Assembly: GCF_011745625.1 (NCBI RefSeq)
Contig: NW_027191457.1
Location: forward strand, 868,001-932,000
Direction: 5' to 3'
Length of the DNA: 64,000 nt
Origin: Cladosporium halotolerans
Lineage: Eukaryota
Of the stretch, positions 1-11,984 are shown piece after piece. The notes beneath the pieces are model-generated. The model saw nothing but the letters and a program-made list of their open reading frames with translations. It was not told the origin of the DNA and made no database searches. Position 1 is the first letter of the stretch. Every line of letters begins with the position of its first letter. A program made the translations under genes and the position numbers.

Positions 1-1764
1 GCACTTGCGAAACAGGACAATTGGCCCGCCGTTAGACGTCTCTTAGGAGTGGTGGAAGACAACCCTTCAATGATCAAATGGACAGGAATCACGACCAGGG
101 CGTTTAACAACATGTTGCACCTTTTCTCAAAGGCCCACACTGCACACGAATTGTCAGATTTGGTCGAGGACGCGATGAAACATCTTGGATTTCTCCCAAA
201 CAAGTCAACTTGGGAGATCATGCTTTCGAGCTTTGTCACCAAGAAGGCTAGATCGCTTCTGGAATACTGGCTCCGGTTCCCTAGAGCAATCGGCAGCCAC
301 CTGAAGCTTGATGCCAACCTCGCAGCTGTCCTGATGAAGCGTTGGTATCTGGACTCAAGGCAATCACATCAGAAAGTTACTTACTTCCTTCGATATCTGA
401 CCCAAGTGCCTTCGCTGCGCAGCGGAAATCTCTTAAAGGTCATGCTCGAGGCCATTGGATACGATTTCAGGAAGAGCATCAGTCTCCAGAAAGGCGGTCT
501 GCAGAGACGCGGAGAGTTGCTGGAACCCTTCTTACGTGCCCTTGATCGGGATGGTCTTGTCTTATTACCTGGCGAGGTCGAAAATGAGGAGATTTTACTG
601 CAAGATCACTCTGAAGACTCCTCACCAGCGAGAGATCACATGGCGGGAGTCGACTTCGACTCGATACAGTCTGAGCTTACAGCCATCTCCCACGGTTCAG
701 AGAAGCCTCCGCGGGAGATCGAAACGATGACAAACCATCGCACGCCATCGGAAGACACAGAAAAAGCGCCGCAAGTGCAATATAGTCAAGGCGTCGCCGT
801 ATCTGAGCCCGAAACTTCGGAAGTCCCTACGGGCAGCACCCGCAATGTTGCAACTTCAACATCTACATCGCGTACCCAAAGCCAGATTGCCAGCGACGTT
901 ACAAGGCAGATGATCAGTCACCTCTCATTTGGAGAGAATGAAGCCGCTCTCAGTGTGTACACGGATTCGCTAGGCCCAACCGGTCTCCCTCACTCACCCA
1001 TCGCTCTCGAGGTCGCCGTCGAGGCTAGTCTGCGTTTGCGCGGAAACAGGAATGAAGCTGAACGCATCATGTCTGATGCCCAAATAGCCGGCATGAACGT
1101 CACTTGCGCCATGGCACCTCTAATCATGGATCAGATACGCCACACGTCCTACATGGACAGGAAGACCGCCGCAGGCCTCCGCAACAGCGTCATCGACTAC
1201 TACCGCACAAACCAGTCAAATGGCCTGCACGCAAAGCACCATGTCGCCACAATGGCCGCACACGCTATGAACAAAGCCGGCTTCGCAAAGCACAGTCTCA
1301 ATCTCCTGAGCACGATCGCAAACTCAGAGTGGGCGACCGAGCATCCCCTCGACATCACCACTTATACCGTGTGGTTTTCTGGATTCGCCAGTCGACGTAA
1401 TCTGTCCGGGATGCAGTCGATAGTCGACGAAGTCCTGCAGAAAGATGTCGCGATCGACCTCGGGTTTCTGGTCGCGCTCAAACGCGCTCAAAAGCTCCAG
1501 TTCTCAGTGAGCGGGGTGCCCTTGACTTGTGCGGAGCCGGAGACAAAGGCACGTCTAAGAGAGTGGTATGTGGCGGCACGCTACTGGCGCCAGAAGCAGC
1601 TGAAGGAGTCGGCTTTCTTCGGCTCCAAGCTGGTGAACATGCTGGTCAGAGTTGCGAGGGAGGATATCAAAGCCAGAGAGGAGGCTCCTGCGGGAGGTCA
1701 AAACAACACGTGGATGGATGGCAGGCCTAAGGCTGCTAGAATGGTTGACCCTTCTACTGCCTGA
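1..1764 (+). CDS. Pentatricopeptide-repeat (PPR)-like protein, probably mitochondrial; 5'-truncated by the window edge
   Basis: Frame open from base 1 to TGA at 1762-1764. Helical PPR-like motifs: TTRAFNNMLHLFSK, PNKSTWEIMLSSF, DITTYTVWFSGFA. Confidence 0.65.
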   Translation, partial: ALAKQDNWPAVRRLLGVVEDNPSMIKWTGITTRAFNNMLHLFSKAHTAHELSDLVEDAMKHLGFLPNKSTWEIMLSSFVTKKARSLLEYWLRFPRAIGSHLKLDANLAAVLMKRWYLDSRQSHQKVTYFLRYLTQVPSLRSGNLLKVMLEAIGYDFRKSISLQKGGLQRRGELLEPFLRALDRDGLVLLPGEVENEEILLQDHSEDSSPARDHMAGVDFDSIQSELTAISHGSEKPPREIETMTNHRTPSEDTEKAPQVQYSQGVAVSEPETSEVPTGSTRNVATSTSTSRTQSQIASDVTRQMISHLSFGENEAALSVYTDSLGPTGLPHSPIALEVAVEASLRLRGNRNEAERIMSDAQIAGMNVTCAMAPLIMDQIRHTSYMDRKTAAGLRNSVIDYYRTNQSNGLHAKHHVATMAAHAMNKAGFAKHSLNLLSTIANSEWATEHPLDITTYTVWFSGFASRRNLSGMQSIVDEVLQKDVAIDLGFLVALKRAQKLQFSVSGVPLTCAEPETKARLREWYVAARYWRQKQLKESAFFGSKLVNMLVRVAREDIKAREEAPAGGQNNTWMDGRPKAARMVDPSTA

Positions 1765-2278
1765 GAGAAGAGGCCTGTTGGAGTGAGTCATCGACCTGAT
1801 TAATGTACAAATGGATCTTCATGTCTACCTGTAATTATTAGCATAGCGACGGCGTTTTTCGATAGACCCGGAAGGGACACGGCCTTTGTAGAACGATCGT
1901 CTCATACATGGTTTCACGGGCTCACAGGAGTGTAATCGAATTTCCAATAGAAGTTGTGTTACTCGGTATTCGTATGAGAGTAAAGGCGCGCTTATTTCAT
2001 GAGGCGCTGCATTCGCTTTCCGCACAGCCCTTCTGCATCCAATGATTCTTCACTTCGATGACCGATGAAACCCTCAAGCCAAATCTCGCGAATGAAAGTT
2101 TCGATGCCGCGTATTCCAAGATCTCAACCAAATTGAGTGCACTGGAATCACTTCATCAGTTGGCCTTGTCCATGCATTCGCAAGGTACTCACCGTTGTTG
2201 ACTCGAGGATCAGAAAGGCCGGTAAGCGTGGAAGTATTCACATACCCAAAATACATGTACCCATACAGCGATCGTCTA

Positions 2279-3136
2279 TCATAGCGCGCCAAGCTCCTTC
2301 AACTTGGAGATCATACCATCGACATCCTCCACCTTGCCACCGCCCTGTCGGGTCGGGGGCTCAGTGACCTTGACGGTCTTCAGCCTCTGCGTGAGGTCGA
2401 TGCCGTACTCCTCCATCTTCTTCTTGACCAGAGGCTTCTTCTTCGCCTTCATGATGTTCGGCAAGCTCGCATATCTCGGCTCGTTCAGTCGCAGATCCGT
2501 TGTAATGACCATGGGCAGCTTGGCCTTCAGCGTCTCCACGCCACCATCCACCTCGCGGGTAACAGTGCACTCGTCACCCTCAATCTCCACCTTGCTCGCC
2601 TGCGTCGCCTGCGACCAGCCCAAAAGGCCCGCCAGCATCTGGCCCGTTTGTCCCGCATCGTCATCGATGCTCTGCTTGCCCAGAATGACCAGGTTGCGGT
2701 TCTCCTCCTCCACGACCTTCTGCAGCACCTTGGCGACGTGCAAGGGCTCGAGCTCCTGCTTCTCCTCGACGACGTGGATGCCGCGATCGGCGCCCATGGC
2801 CATGGCGGTGCGCAGGATGTCCTGCGACTTGGTCGGGCCAGCGGAGAAGGCGAGGATGTCCTCGACGGGCTTTTTGCGCTCGCGCAGGCGCACGGCCTCC
2901 TCGATCGAGAGCTCGTCGAACGGGTTCATGCTGTGCTTGACGCCCTGCGTCTCGACGGCGGTCTGCGCCTTGTTCACGCGCGGCTTGACCTGGGCGGTGG
3001 GTCAGCTTTTGCTGGAAAGGTGCCGTGACATGGCCTAGTCTTCGGCATGTGACTGTTGCGGCTCGGAGGGCCTGGTTTTACGTACGGCATAGTCAATGAC
3101 CCGCTTTACGGGCACCAGAACTCTGATACCGGACAT
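2279..3136 (-). CDS. etfB: Electron transfer flavoprotein beta subunit (exons 3136-3086, 2989-2279)
   Basis: MSGIRVLVPVKRVIDYA|VKPRVNK...HSMNPFDELSIEEAVRL, GKQSIDDD, DLRLNEPRYASLPNIMKAKKKP. Intron 2990-3085 (GTACGT..GCTGAC..CAG). Confidence 0.97.
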
Positions 3137-3758
3137 TTTGAGTGTTTTCGAGGTGTAGGGATTCGTGAGGCTCGGCTGTCGCGAGTGAGGTCCGTTTGAG
3201 ATGGGAATCGTAGATGCGCGGCTTAGGGAAGACCTCGGCATTCCGGCTTCGGCCAGAAAGCATCGAGGTTGCGGCTGCCATGACGCCGATCATGTTTTGC
3301 CCACGAGAACCGCGTCGCGAAGCATACGTGACATAATCAGCGATGAGAGCGTGCATTCATGGAACGAGAGCAAACAGGACGAAGGCATTTTCCGAGCATA
3401 AGGTATAATCTGCCGATGGTGGGCAACTGAGGCGCAACTGCTGGTGCTGCCACTACCTTTCACAAGCACACTTCACTTTGAACTGCGCACAAGTTTTGGA
3501 GCAGGATGCACGAGACAGAAGAGTCGATTCGCGACTTTAAAACTACACTTAATACACAATCACAGAATTGAATTTTTTCAGCCATGCATAACTAAATGCT
3601 GCCTGAGAGATCATCCTTTCGTTTCAATCGCATTCCACCAATTTTGGCAAGCAAAAAATTGTTGACTATAGCCAGTGCTGGCTGAGTACACGATGTTGCT
3701 GAAAGAGTTGTCTGTTGGCGGAAGTGGCACAACCCATTCGCGTGACTGGCCCAACCGC

Positions 3759-5001
3759 TTAAGCAGCAGTCGGGGCGTCAACGCTGGCGGAGCCCTCGGC
3801 GGTGCTCGGCTGAGCGTCAGTCTCGGCAGCACCCTCGAGAGGCGCGTTAGGGTCCTCGTCCTCCTTGCCAGGGCTGTCAATGGCGACCTTGACAGCGATC
3901 TCGCGGCCCTCAATCTCCTTGCCGTTCATATCGGCACAGGCCTTCTGCTGCACCTCCTCAGTGGGAAGGGTAACAAAACCGAAGCCGCGGCCCTTGCGGG
4001 GCTCGTTGCGAGCCTGGAGCTTGCGGATCATGAACTTCGGGATGGGGCGGAGGGCAATCTTGGCGGAGGTCGGCTGGTACTCAGCGAAGATCTCGAGGAG
4101 CTAGATGTGGCAGTTAGCATCATTGTACTCTCGCACGCGTGTGGTCTCCGAAATGTGCTCACCTTCTCCTCGCGAAGATCGTACGGGAGGTTGGCAACCA
4201 TGATCTTCGTCTTGCTGGGGACACCATCCTCAGGCGGGCCCCGCTGCTTGCGGGGACGGTTGGCGTTGGTCTTGCCGGTCTGGCTTGGGTCGACGGTGAG
4301 ACCCTCCTCACCAGCGTTGGCGGTCAGAGCCTCGTTGGTGGTCTCAGTCAGAGGGGCGGCCTGGCCAGGGACGTTGGTGGGCGCGCCGTTGGTCGCGACC
4401 TCGCCCTCGCCATTGACGGCGCCCTCGCCAGCCTGAGCCTTCTTGCCGCGGCCGCTACGGGCAGCGCGACCACCACGGCCACGGCCGCGGCCGCGGGTGG
4501 ACTGGCGACGCTTGGGCGCACCCTCACCGCCCTCGGTGGTCTCGGCAGCCGGCTCCGGCTTGCGGGCGAGCTGGACGGAGACCTTGCGGTCGAGGATGGA
4601 CTTTCCGTTGAGCTCCTGGATGGCGCGGTCGGCCTCGGAGGAGGTGGACACGTCAACGAAGGCGTAGCCGACCGGGCGAGTGGTGCGCGGGTTGGTGGGG
4701 ATTGAGGTGGTCTCGCTGGGAAAGCACGTGTCAGCCGGGATTTGCCATCACTCCCATCAAAGGTGTGCACCTACACAAGGTAGTCCTTGAAGAAGTCCTT
4801 CAACTCTCCCTCGGTGGTCGCGTAGGCGAGGTTTCCAATGTACAGTCTCCTACCCTCAGCCGCGCTGGCGATCACGGCCTCGTTCTGGGACGCGTTGATC
4901 GGCTTGTCGCCGCCGGCGCCGACGGAGGCGCCCTCGGCGGAAGCGGTCGGCTCGTTGAGGGTGGTGTTTGCCATCTGGGCGGTGGCAGCTTCGACGGACA
5001 T
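3759..5001 (-). CDS. Two-RRM RNA-binding protein with RGG linker (Rnp24-like); introns 4716-4774 and 4101-4162
   Basis: RNP2 LYIGNL and RNP1 VGYAFVDV in RRM1. IMVANL and RGFGFVTL in RRM2. RGRGRGRGGR linker. Both introns restore the frame. Confidence 0.9.
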
Positions 5002-5710
5002 GATGATGATAGGTCTGTGGGTGGATGTCCTAGGAAGGCCTGTTGGTCTGCCTGTGAACGGTGCTTCGGGTGATTACTTGTCGAGGCCGCCCTGTTGGTG
5101 GAAACGGAATTGGCGAGAGTTGGTTGGGTAGCTACGTGCCCAAGATCCTGGTGTTGTGTTGGTAGAGGGTGGTGGTGATCAGATTGACAGTTGTTGATGA
5201 CGGAGCGGAGGAAAGGAGATGGCTTGCGTTCAAATTTGGGCCAGGTCGCAACAGCCACACGGGCCATTCTGGGGGCGATGACGGCAGGCGCCGCTAGCCT
5301 GCTTTTGCCTTCCAGCGACGCGCGCGCGGTCCAATCAGCGGCAGTTGCGCACGCGACAACGGCGCATGAGGCAAACGAAATCTCGACCTCACACGCCCGG
5401 AGGGTCGCAAAGTGAGTCGTCCGCCACTCGTCACCTGCGCACGCAAACAACACCCGGCCGCGATCCGTGACAGACTCTCACCGCCCGCCTACACCGTCCG
5501 CCCCGGGATGAACACCGCAGGCTCGACGGGAAGCACGCCTGCTGTGAATGGAGGCATCGCTGCGAGGTACGGCAAGAGTCATCCTTCACCTCGCGCCTTC
5601 GCTGGAGCAAGCGCCGTCACATGCCTTGCTGGCAGCAATCGCGGCCTGGCCATGTGATGGCAATCTCGAGGCGCCGTAAAAATTGCTTCCGGCGCCTGAG
5701 TCATCCAGCG

Positions 5711-7778
5711 ATGTCGACGAAACGATCGATCAGGTCAACCTATAGAGTCTCTGGCTGACTGCCTTGTCAGGTCTCAGCAGAAGACGCAAGACCGGACGGC
5801 GCTGATCTTGTATGGATCAGAGACCGGTAATGCCCAAGATGTAGCCGAAGAGGTCGGCCGATTGGCCGAGCGGTTACGCTTCGATGCTACCGTCCTGGAT
5901 CTCGATTCTGTCCAACTCCGTGATTTGCTCAAGTACAAAATGATCGTCTTCGCCCTGTCCACTACTGGCCAGGGAGAAATGCCCCAGAATGCCCGCGCTT
6001 TCTGGAAGACGTTGCTCAGCGGCGCTTTGAGACCTGGTGTTCTCCGAAGAATGCGTTTCACATCTTTCGGTCTGGGCGATAGCTCTTATCCGAGGTATAA
6101 CGTTGCCCACCGTATGCTTTGCGGACGCTTGTCACAACTTGGTGCAACTTCGTTCTGTGAGCGTGGTGAGGGCAATGAACAGCACCCAGAAGGCCACAGT
6201 GCTGGTTTCCGCGAGTGGATCGTTCAGCTCAAAACTGCCATGCTTGAAACGTTCCCTCTACCGGATAACGTTGAAGCCTTGGGCGAGGCCGAGTTCCTTG
6301 AGCCCAAATGGAAGCTTGCTCTAAGCCAAGAGCAAGATGGCTCTGTAGTCGCAAACGGTGAGGCACAGGGTACCGATCTTGGGACAGGGCGTGGTGTTGA
6401 CGCAGTCATGAGCTCTACCATTAATGATTTGCCCGCCGTAGCCGTTGCATCTTCTACACAGGCAGACAAGGAGCAAGTCCCGCCCTCTACTCATCCTGTT
6501 CCTGTCAAAGACTCGTATTTGGCCGACCTTGTCGCAAATGATCGAGTCACCGCGGCCGATCACTTTCAAGATGTCCGTTTACTGGATTTCAGGCTAGACC
6601 GCCATTATGATTACGGTCCTGGTGCTGTGGCAGTGGTCTATCCGAAGAACTTTCCTTCAGATGTTGATGAGTTCATCAAGCTCATGCGTTGGGAGGAGGT
6701 CGCTGATCTTCCGCTTGATGTCGTTCAGACAAGGACAGATACTGGAAGCCAAAGTGTTGCACCGTCTCCGCTAAGGCACCTAAACCTCTCAGCCAGATCA
6801 ACGACGATCCGATGGCTCTTAGAAAATGTCATCGACATCATGTCCATACCTCGACGTTCTTTCTTCGCCAATCTGGCTTACTTCGCGGGTAATAGCACCG
6901 AGGACGAAGAGTATCAGAAAGAACGCTTACTGGAGCTCGCCAACCCTGAGTTGATTGATGAGCTCTGGGACTACACGACGCGACCCAAGCGGACGATCCT
7001 CGAGGTCATGATGGACTTCACGACCATTCAAATACCCTGGCAATATGCTTTATCAGCATTGCCCTTGATGCGAGGTCGGCAATTCAGTATTGCCAGCGGA
7101 GGCGAGTTCAAGCAAGACAGCGAGGGACGAACCAGGGTGCAGCTCCTTGTCGCCATTGCGGACCCGCCCAGTCCCATTATCAAATGGCGAAGACGTCACG
7201 GCGTCTGCACGAGATACATTACAACGCTGCAACCGGGTCAAAAGATCAACATCGGCATGCAACAAGGCTATCTCGATGTGCGACCGAATGAGCTCGAGGC
7301 ACCTGTTGTGATGGTCGGCCCGGGTACCGGACTAGCACCGATGCGGGCCATGACACATCAGCGTCACTTGTGGGCAAGGGAGCAAGGTAAAACACCATCT
7401 GGAAAACGTCTGCAGGGCGACATACTCGTTTTCGGCTGTCGCAGTAAGGAGTCTGATTACTTTTTCCATGATGAATGGAAGAAGCTGTCGGAAACCGAGG
7501 GGCTTCAAGAGTACACAGCATTCTCTCGAGACAAGGACGCGCCAAAGCAATACGTCCAGGACCAGATTCGCACCCAAGGCAAGAATATTTTCGAGGCTAT
7601 TTACGAGCGTGGAGGCAGAATATACGTTTGTGGATCCTCTGGGAATATGCCTAAAGGTGTTCGTGAAGCTTTCTTGGACGTCCTGGCAGAACACAGTGGT
7701 AGCTTGAGCAGGGAGGAAGCTGAGCATTACCTAGACAGCATGGAGAAAGCTGGACGGTACAAGCAAGAGACCTGGTGA
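5711..7778 (+). CDS. TAH18: NADPH-dependent diflavin oxidoreductase 1 (Tah18/NDOR1); first exon uncertain, intron acceptor at 5770
   Basis: Flavodoxin motifs ILYGSETGNAQD, STTGQGEMP, FGLGDSSYP. FAD/NADPH motifs RQFSIAS, GPGTGLAPMR, FGCR, YVCGSS. Ends QETW. Confidence 0.93.
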
Positions 7779-7857
7779 TGGATTATTCATGACCGACCAT
7801 ACGAGATCAATGACACTTCCCATGTGGAACATACTCAATTCGCGTTACAAAGACTGT

Positions 7858-9079
7858 TCAGTCATAATACTTGATGACCTTCACGCCACCCACGACCTCT
7901 TCCTCTTCCCTTGCGCCGCCTTTGGCATTGCGATCTTTTGCTGTGTCCCAGTTTCCCTTCACTCGGGCCCTGACCCAGTCTCCCGCCTTCACTCCTTCTC
8001 TCGCGCTGTGGTCATCCCCTTTCAGGCCCAATCTTCTCAGCAGCGGGCTATCAAGCGTCTTCAGATCTAGGTCATGCGCTGGGCGCAAGAAATACAAGAG
8101 CCCCAAACGATCGAGATGTGCTTGGTCAGGTGGCGGTGCCACAACTCTGTGTACACTCGACTTCAAGTACCCGTTACTCCAAAACTGCAGCACATCCGCG
8201 ATATTGACGGTAATGCTTCCGGGATAGGGCTTGACCCATTTCCACGCACCATCCGGCGCGAGGATCTGCAAAGCCGCGATGGACTGACGGAAGAGCAGAG
8301 TCAACGATCCAAAATCCGTGTGGCCCTTCGTGTAGACGTCTTGGAACTTGGCGTTCACTTCCGCAGAGCGTGCGTGGTAGAGCATATACCGCAGGTGGCA
8401 ATGTGAAACATCGTCGTACCTATGGCCCTTCGTCAAGGCGCCTTCCGGCAACTCCAGCACGATCGCGATGAGCGTAAGCAGCTTCTGCACCGTATCTTGC
8501 GCGATGTGGCGCTGGAAGGACTCGATCTCCTCGCGGTGCTGCCGGATGACTTCGGGATGCGTTCGAGAAAGCTCTGGGATGAACTTGAAGACGTTGTACA
8601 TCTCGATATTGTCTCTTAGACCTGGGAAAACTTCGATGGAGCCGAGAGGCCTGTAGCCTGAATAGTTGCCATGCTCAAGGTCGGCGCGGTAGCGAAGCTT
8701 CTCTTCTTCCGAGAGACTGAAGAGGTTCTTGGCGATGGCGAATTGGCGGTCGATTTGTTCTTGGGTCAAGCCGAAATTGGTGATGTAGCTGGTGTGGTAT
8801 CAGCTGATACTCGGTGGACGGGTACCGGGGAAGAATACAAGAAACCGACTCTGTGTACGGCGTCGTCGAGCTGCTTTGCGAGTTTCTGCTTCCCACCTGG
8901 AGCGTCAATTTGGGATAGGTCGAGGGTGACGAGATCAGCCCAGTCGACTGACAATTTATCAGCTTGGATCAGTTGTTTCGCCGGGATTTCTTACGTTCAG
9001 ATTTTGACTCTTCCGGTTGATGGCACGTGGGCAGAACGTGTGAGGCGGAGGTCGGGGCAGTCCTTGTTTGGGTCGCCAT
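7858..9079 (-). CDS. 2-oxoglutarate/Fe(II)-dependent dioxygenase (IPNS/gibberellin oxidase-like); introns 8948-8994 and 8789-8838
   Basis: DIOX_N-type LDLSQID..VGFFYITNFG after splicing. HxD...H triad in GHTDFGSLTLLFRQ and SSVHRVV. R at LDRLGLLYF. Confidence 0.9.
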
Positions 9080-10059
9080 TCTGATTTATATTCGCTCACT
9101 CAATATAATTTGCGGTTCGAAAAATATGTTCTCTCGATTGACAATCACTGCACAGAAAGCAGCTCAAAAGATTGTAGCTCAAACAGAACGCCAACTTTAA
9201 GAGAAGCTCCGGCGGACTCTCCGACCACCCACCATTTCCCCTCATCACGATAGCGGATGACCTTATTGCCGAGATGCTTTCGCGATGTGCCAGCAAAGGA
9301 GCTACGTACCTCACCTAGCTAGCGTTTTGCCTTCCGTAGCGATCGCAGTGGCTGAAGTGAAAGTCAAGGTGGGGAAATGTCGGACCTGCATGAAGCATCA
9401 AGCACGCAATGCTTGGAAACGTACCATAACCCTCGACGCTGAATCACAATCGATTTCGTGATATGCACATTGTGGGGTGCTATGGGCTACTGCGGATATT
9501 CAGCCTGGGTTTGATCAAACGGGTCCGGAAGCTATCAAAGACTTACTGACATGTCGGCTTTGGCAAATGACTTGCTCTTTGCCTTCTGCTGGGCAAGCGA
9601 TAATCTATCATTCAATATTGGCTAGGTGTAAAGACTTGAAAGATTCTCATTCTGTACTTAATGTGGAAACCGATTCGACCTAACTCTTGAAACGCAGGAC
9701 TACACACAGGATGAACAACAAAGGTCAAGATCCCGCAAGTGCCGTTAATGTTCCTTACTTGATCTGCCCGACGCATTGATAGCCACTACAGGCTCTATAC
9801 GGACGTTAGCACGGATGCCGAAATTAACGGATCCGGTCATCGCGATCACGCAAGATCAGGACATAGCACTTAGCCTTCAGCAGCACCATGCGCGCCGGAG
9901 TTTCACTAAAGGCCAGCATCATGCAAAAGATTGTCCGATATCTTCTTTAGATTGAAAGGTTTAAGGCACACGTGGGACCGTTTAGAAGCGTGTCCCGATA
10001 CTCTTCTGCAACACTACCGACTCCATTCTCGAAAGACAAACGACTCAAAAGTGATCGCT

Positions 10060-10541
10060 ATGGAGATTCCTGTCGTTCAAAACCAGTCGGCGAACCATGC
10101 TTCGTCCAAAGAAGCCACAATTGCAGAATCACCAACCACCTTATCCCTCGATTCTCGAGATGGAATCCAAAAGCAAGCCTCCCGCAAGGCCGACATCAGG
10201 ATCCTGCTCTGGTACTCATTCGTATATCTCATCATGCGCACCCATGTGCAAAACGTCACAAACTCTGCCATCATAAACCTCGAGACCGGCGACGGGATTA
10301 AGGCTCAGCTGGGCGAACTCGAAAGCGAGCAGTGGGCCTGGATCATCAGCATATTAATGCAAGCGCACAACTGATGGGAATTGTTGGGCCGCAAGTGTAC
10401 CAGTCGAGGTTCGGGCCGGAGTATAAGGTGAGCTATGGCACCAGTATTGGATTGTTGATTGGGGCTGTAGGAGCAATTGCCGTCACTTGGGTTTTGGTAA
10501 ACGGGGGAGAAAAGCGACTGATTTCGCAGTTGGATGGTTGA
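10060..10541 (+). pseudogene. Internally deleted MFS transporter (Dal5/allantoate permease-type)
   Basis: N-terminal MFS segment (KADIRILLWYSFVYLIMRTHVQNVTNSAIIN..QWAWIISI) is fused out of frame at about 10351-10353 to the C-terminal segment (INASAQLMGIVGPQVYQSRFGPEYKVSYGTSIGLLIGAV). Most transmembrane helices are missing. Confidence 0.75.
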
Positions 10542-10611
10542 AAGTGCCAGCAATAGGTCTACCATTTGCATCTTATTATCAAATTCCTAGTGGAAACGAG
10601 TAGATAGTCTC
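10414..10611 (+). repeat. Diverged direct repeat copy 1 (MFS 3' end plus downstream sequence)
   Basis: Aligns by eye to 11985-12180, e.g. AAGGTGAGCTATGGCACCAGTATTGG vs AAGGTGAGCTATGGCACTAGTATTGG, and AAACGAGTAGATAGTCTC vs AAACGCGTACATAGCCTC. Confidence 0.85.
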
Positions 10612-10891
10612 AATCAAATCCATGCCGGGAAACTGGATTATGACGATGCGGCCTGCAGTTCCAAGGTGTTACGGATCAAGGGGTGGTCCTTGGTCCACTT
10701 CTCACTCTTCCACCTTTGAGAGGCTCGGGTCGGACCGTTCCTCGACACTCCACCTCTGGACCGGTCTTTGCAAGCATAACAGACCCAAGACACCTCCTAT
10801 ATACCTTTCGTTTCGTTCGCTCGCGGTCACTCGTTGTGTGTTGCTGGTATTGACTGTGTCAAACGTCTTATCACAATCTACGAACCCCAAC

Positions 10892-11740
10892 ATGCGGTTT
10901 GAACAATGGAAACCCCAGGGTGTGACACAGTGCCTTATATCTTCGTCAAGGAATCTCATTGGACTCATGGAAGACGGTCAGACCGTCCTAAAATACCCAC
11001 TTTACAAGACTGAAGACGCTATGGACTGCTTGCGTGAAGAGGCCGATCGTTACGGTCGCCTTGCACCCCATACAAATCTGGTCACTTATAAGGGGTTCTC
11101 CGAGGATGGTTTGCTCCTCGAGTACTGCCAACGAGGAGAACTGCATGATCTGATCCAAACTGCGGATGGTCTGACTGCAGACCAAAAGAAGACCATTGGG
11201 ATAGAGATCGTCAGTGGTGTGATGCATCTTCATGATCAAGACTATATCCATTGCGATCTCAATGTACATAACATTTTACTCACCTCCGACATGGTTGCAA
11301 AAATTGGGGATCTCCAAGGCCAACTATATCGTCATGACGGTAGCGTCGAGCTGGAAACAATGTCTCAAGAGAATCCGAAGTCGCGCCATCCTTTCGCTGG
11401 GGACGACGAATTCTCGCCGAGGACCGACATTTTCGCTCTAGGTACATTGCTTTATCACTTGTGGCATGGACATCCGCCATTTCCAGAGTTGAACGAGCAC
11501 ACACAGGCGGATGAGATCAAGGCAAGATACTCGCGACGAGAATACCCTAGTGACATTGATCAATCCACCGCTATCGACGAAATCATTGTCAAGTGCTGGA
11601 CATCAAGTTACAAAAACGCATCGGAGCTGTTGGAAGACATAGAAACCCCTGGCAACACAACACCATTGTGGTCGATCTGGGCATCAGTGTCTGAAATGCT
11701 CAAACGCGCAACTTCAATTGTGTACAGAGACACAGCGTGA
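10892..11740 (+). CDS. Intronless atypical protein kinase (fungal lineage-specific type); ORF is open from 10622 but the likely start is MRFEQW at 10892
   Basis: VLKYP (Lys), REEA (helix C Glu), LLLEYC, IHCDLNVHNILL catalytic loop, IGDLQG in place of DFG, RTDIFALGTLLYHLWHGHPPF. Confidence 0.8.
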   Translation: MRFEQWKPQGVTQCLISSSRNLIGLMEDGQTVLKYPLYKTEDAMDCLREEADRYGRLAPHTNLVTYKGFSEDGLLLEYCQRGELHDLIQTADGLTADQKKTIGIEIVSGVMHLHDQDYIHCDLNVHNILLTSDMVAKIGDLQGQLYRHDGSVELETMSQENPKSRHPFAGDDEFSPRTDIFALGTLLYHLWHGHPPFPELNEHTQADEIKARYSRREYPSDIDQSTAIDEIIVKCWTSSYKNASELLEDIETPGNTTPLWSIWASVSEMLKRATSIVYRDTA

Positions 11741-11984
11741 CATCTTCATGACCCGAGCCCAATTTTACAGAGACGACGTGTGGACACGAGGAAAGCGCCT
11801 GGCGGTCAAATGTACCATTGCAAATCTTCGAATGTCAAGAAAGTGTCGGAGTCGAAGCAAGACACTCTTCAATGTACGGTCGACTGACGGAAATCCACGT
11901 GCGCAGCCAATACCTTAGACTGCTAATGGGCTCAGCGGTGTCATACCGCCGGAGGGTCCTTTTTCGGAGATAGTGCCCCTCCTT

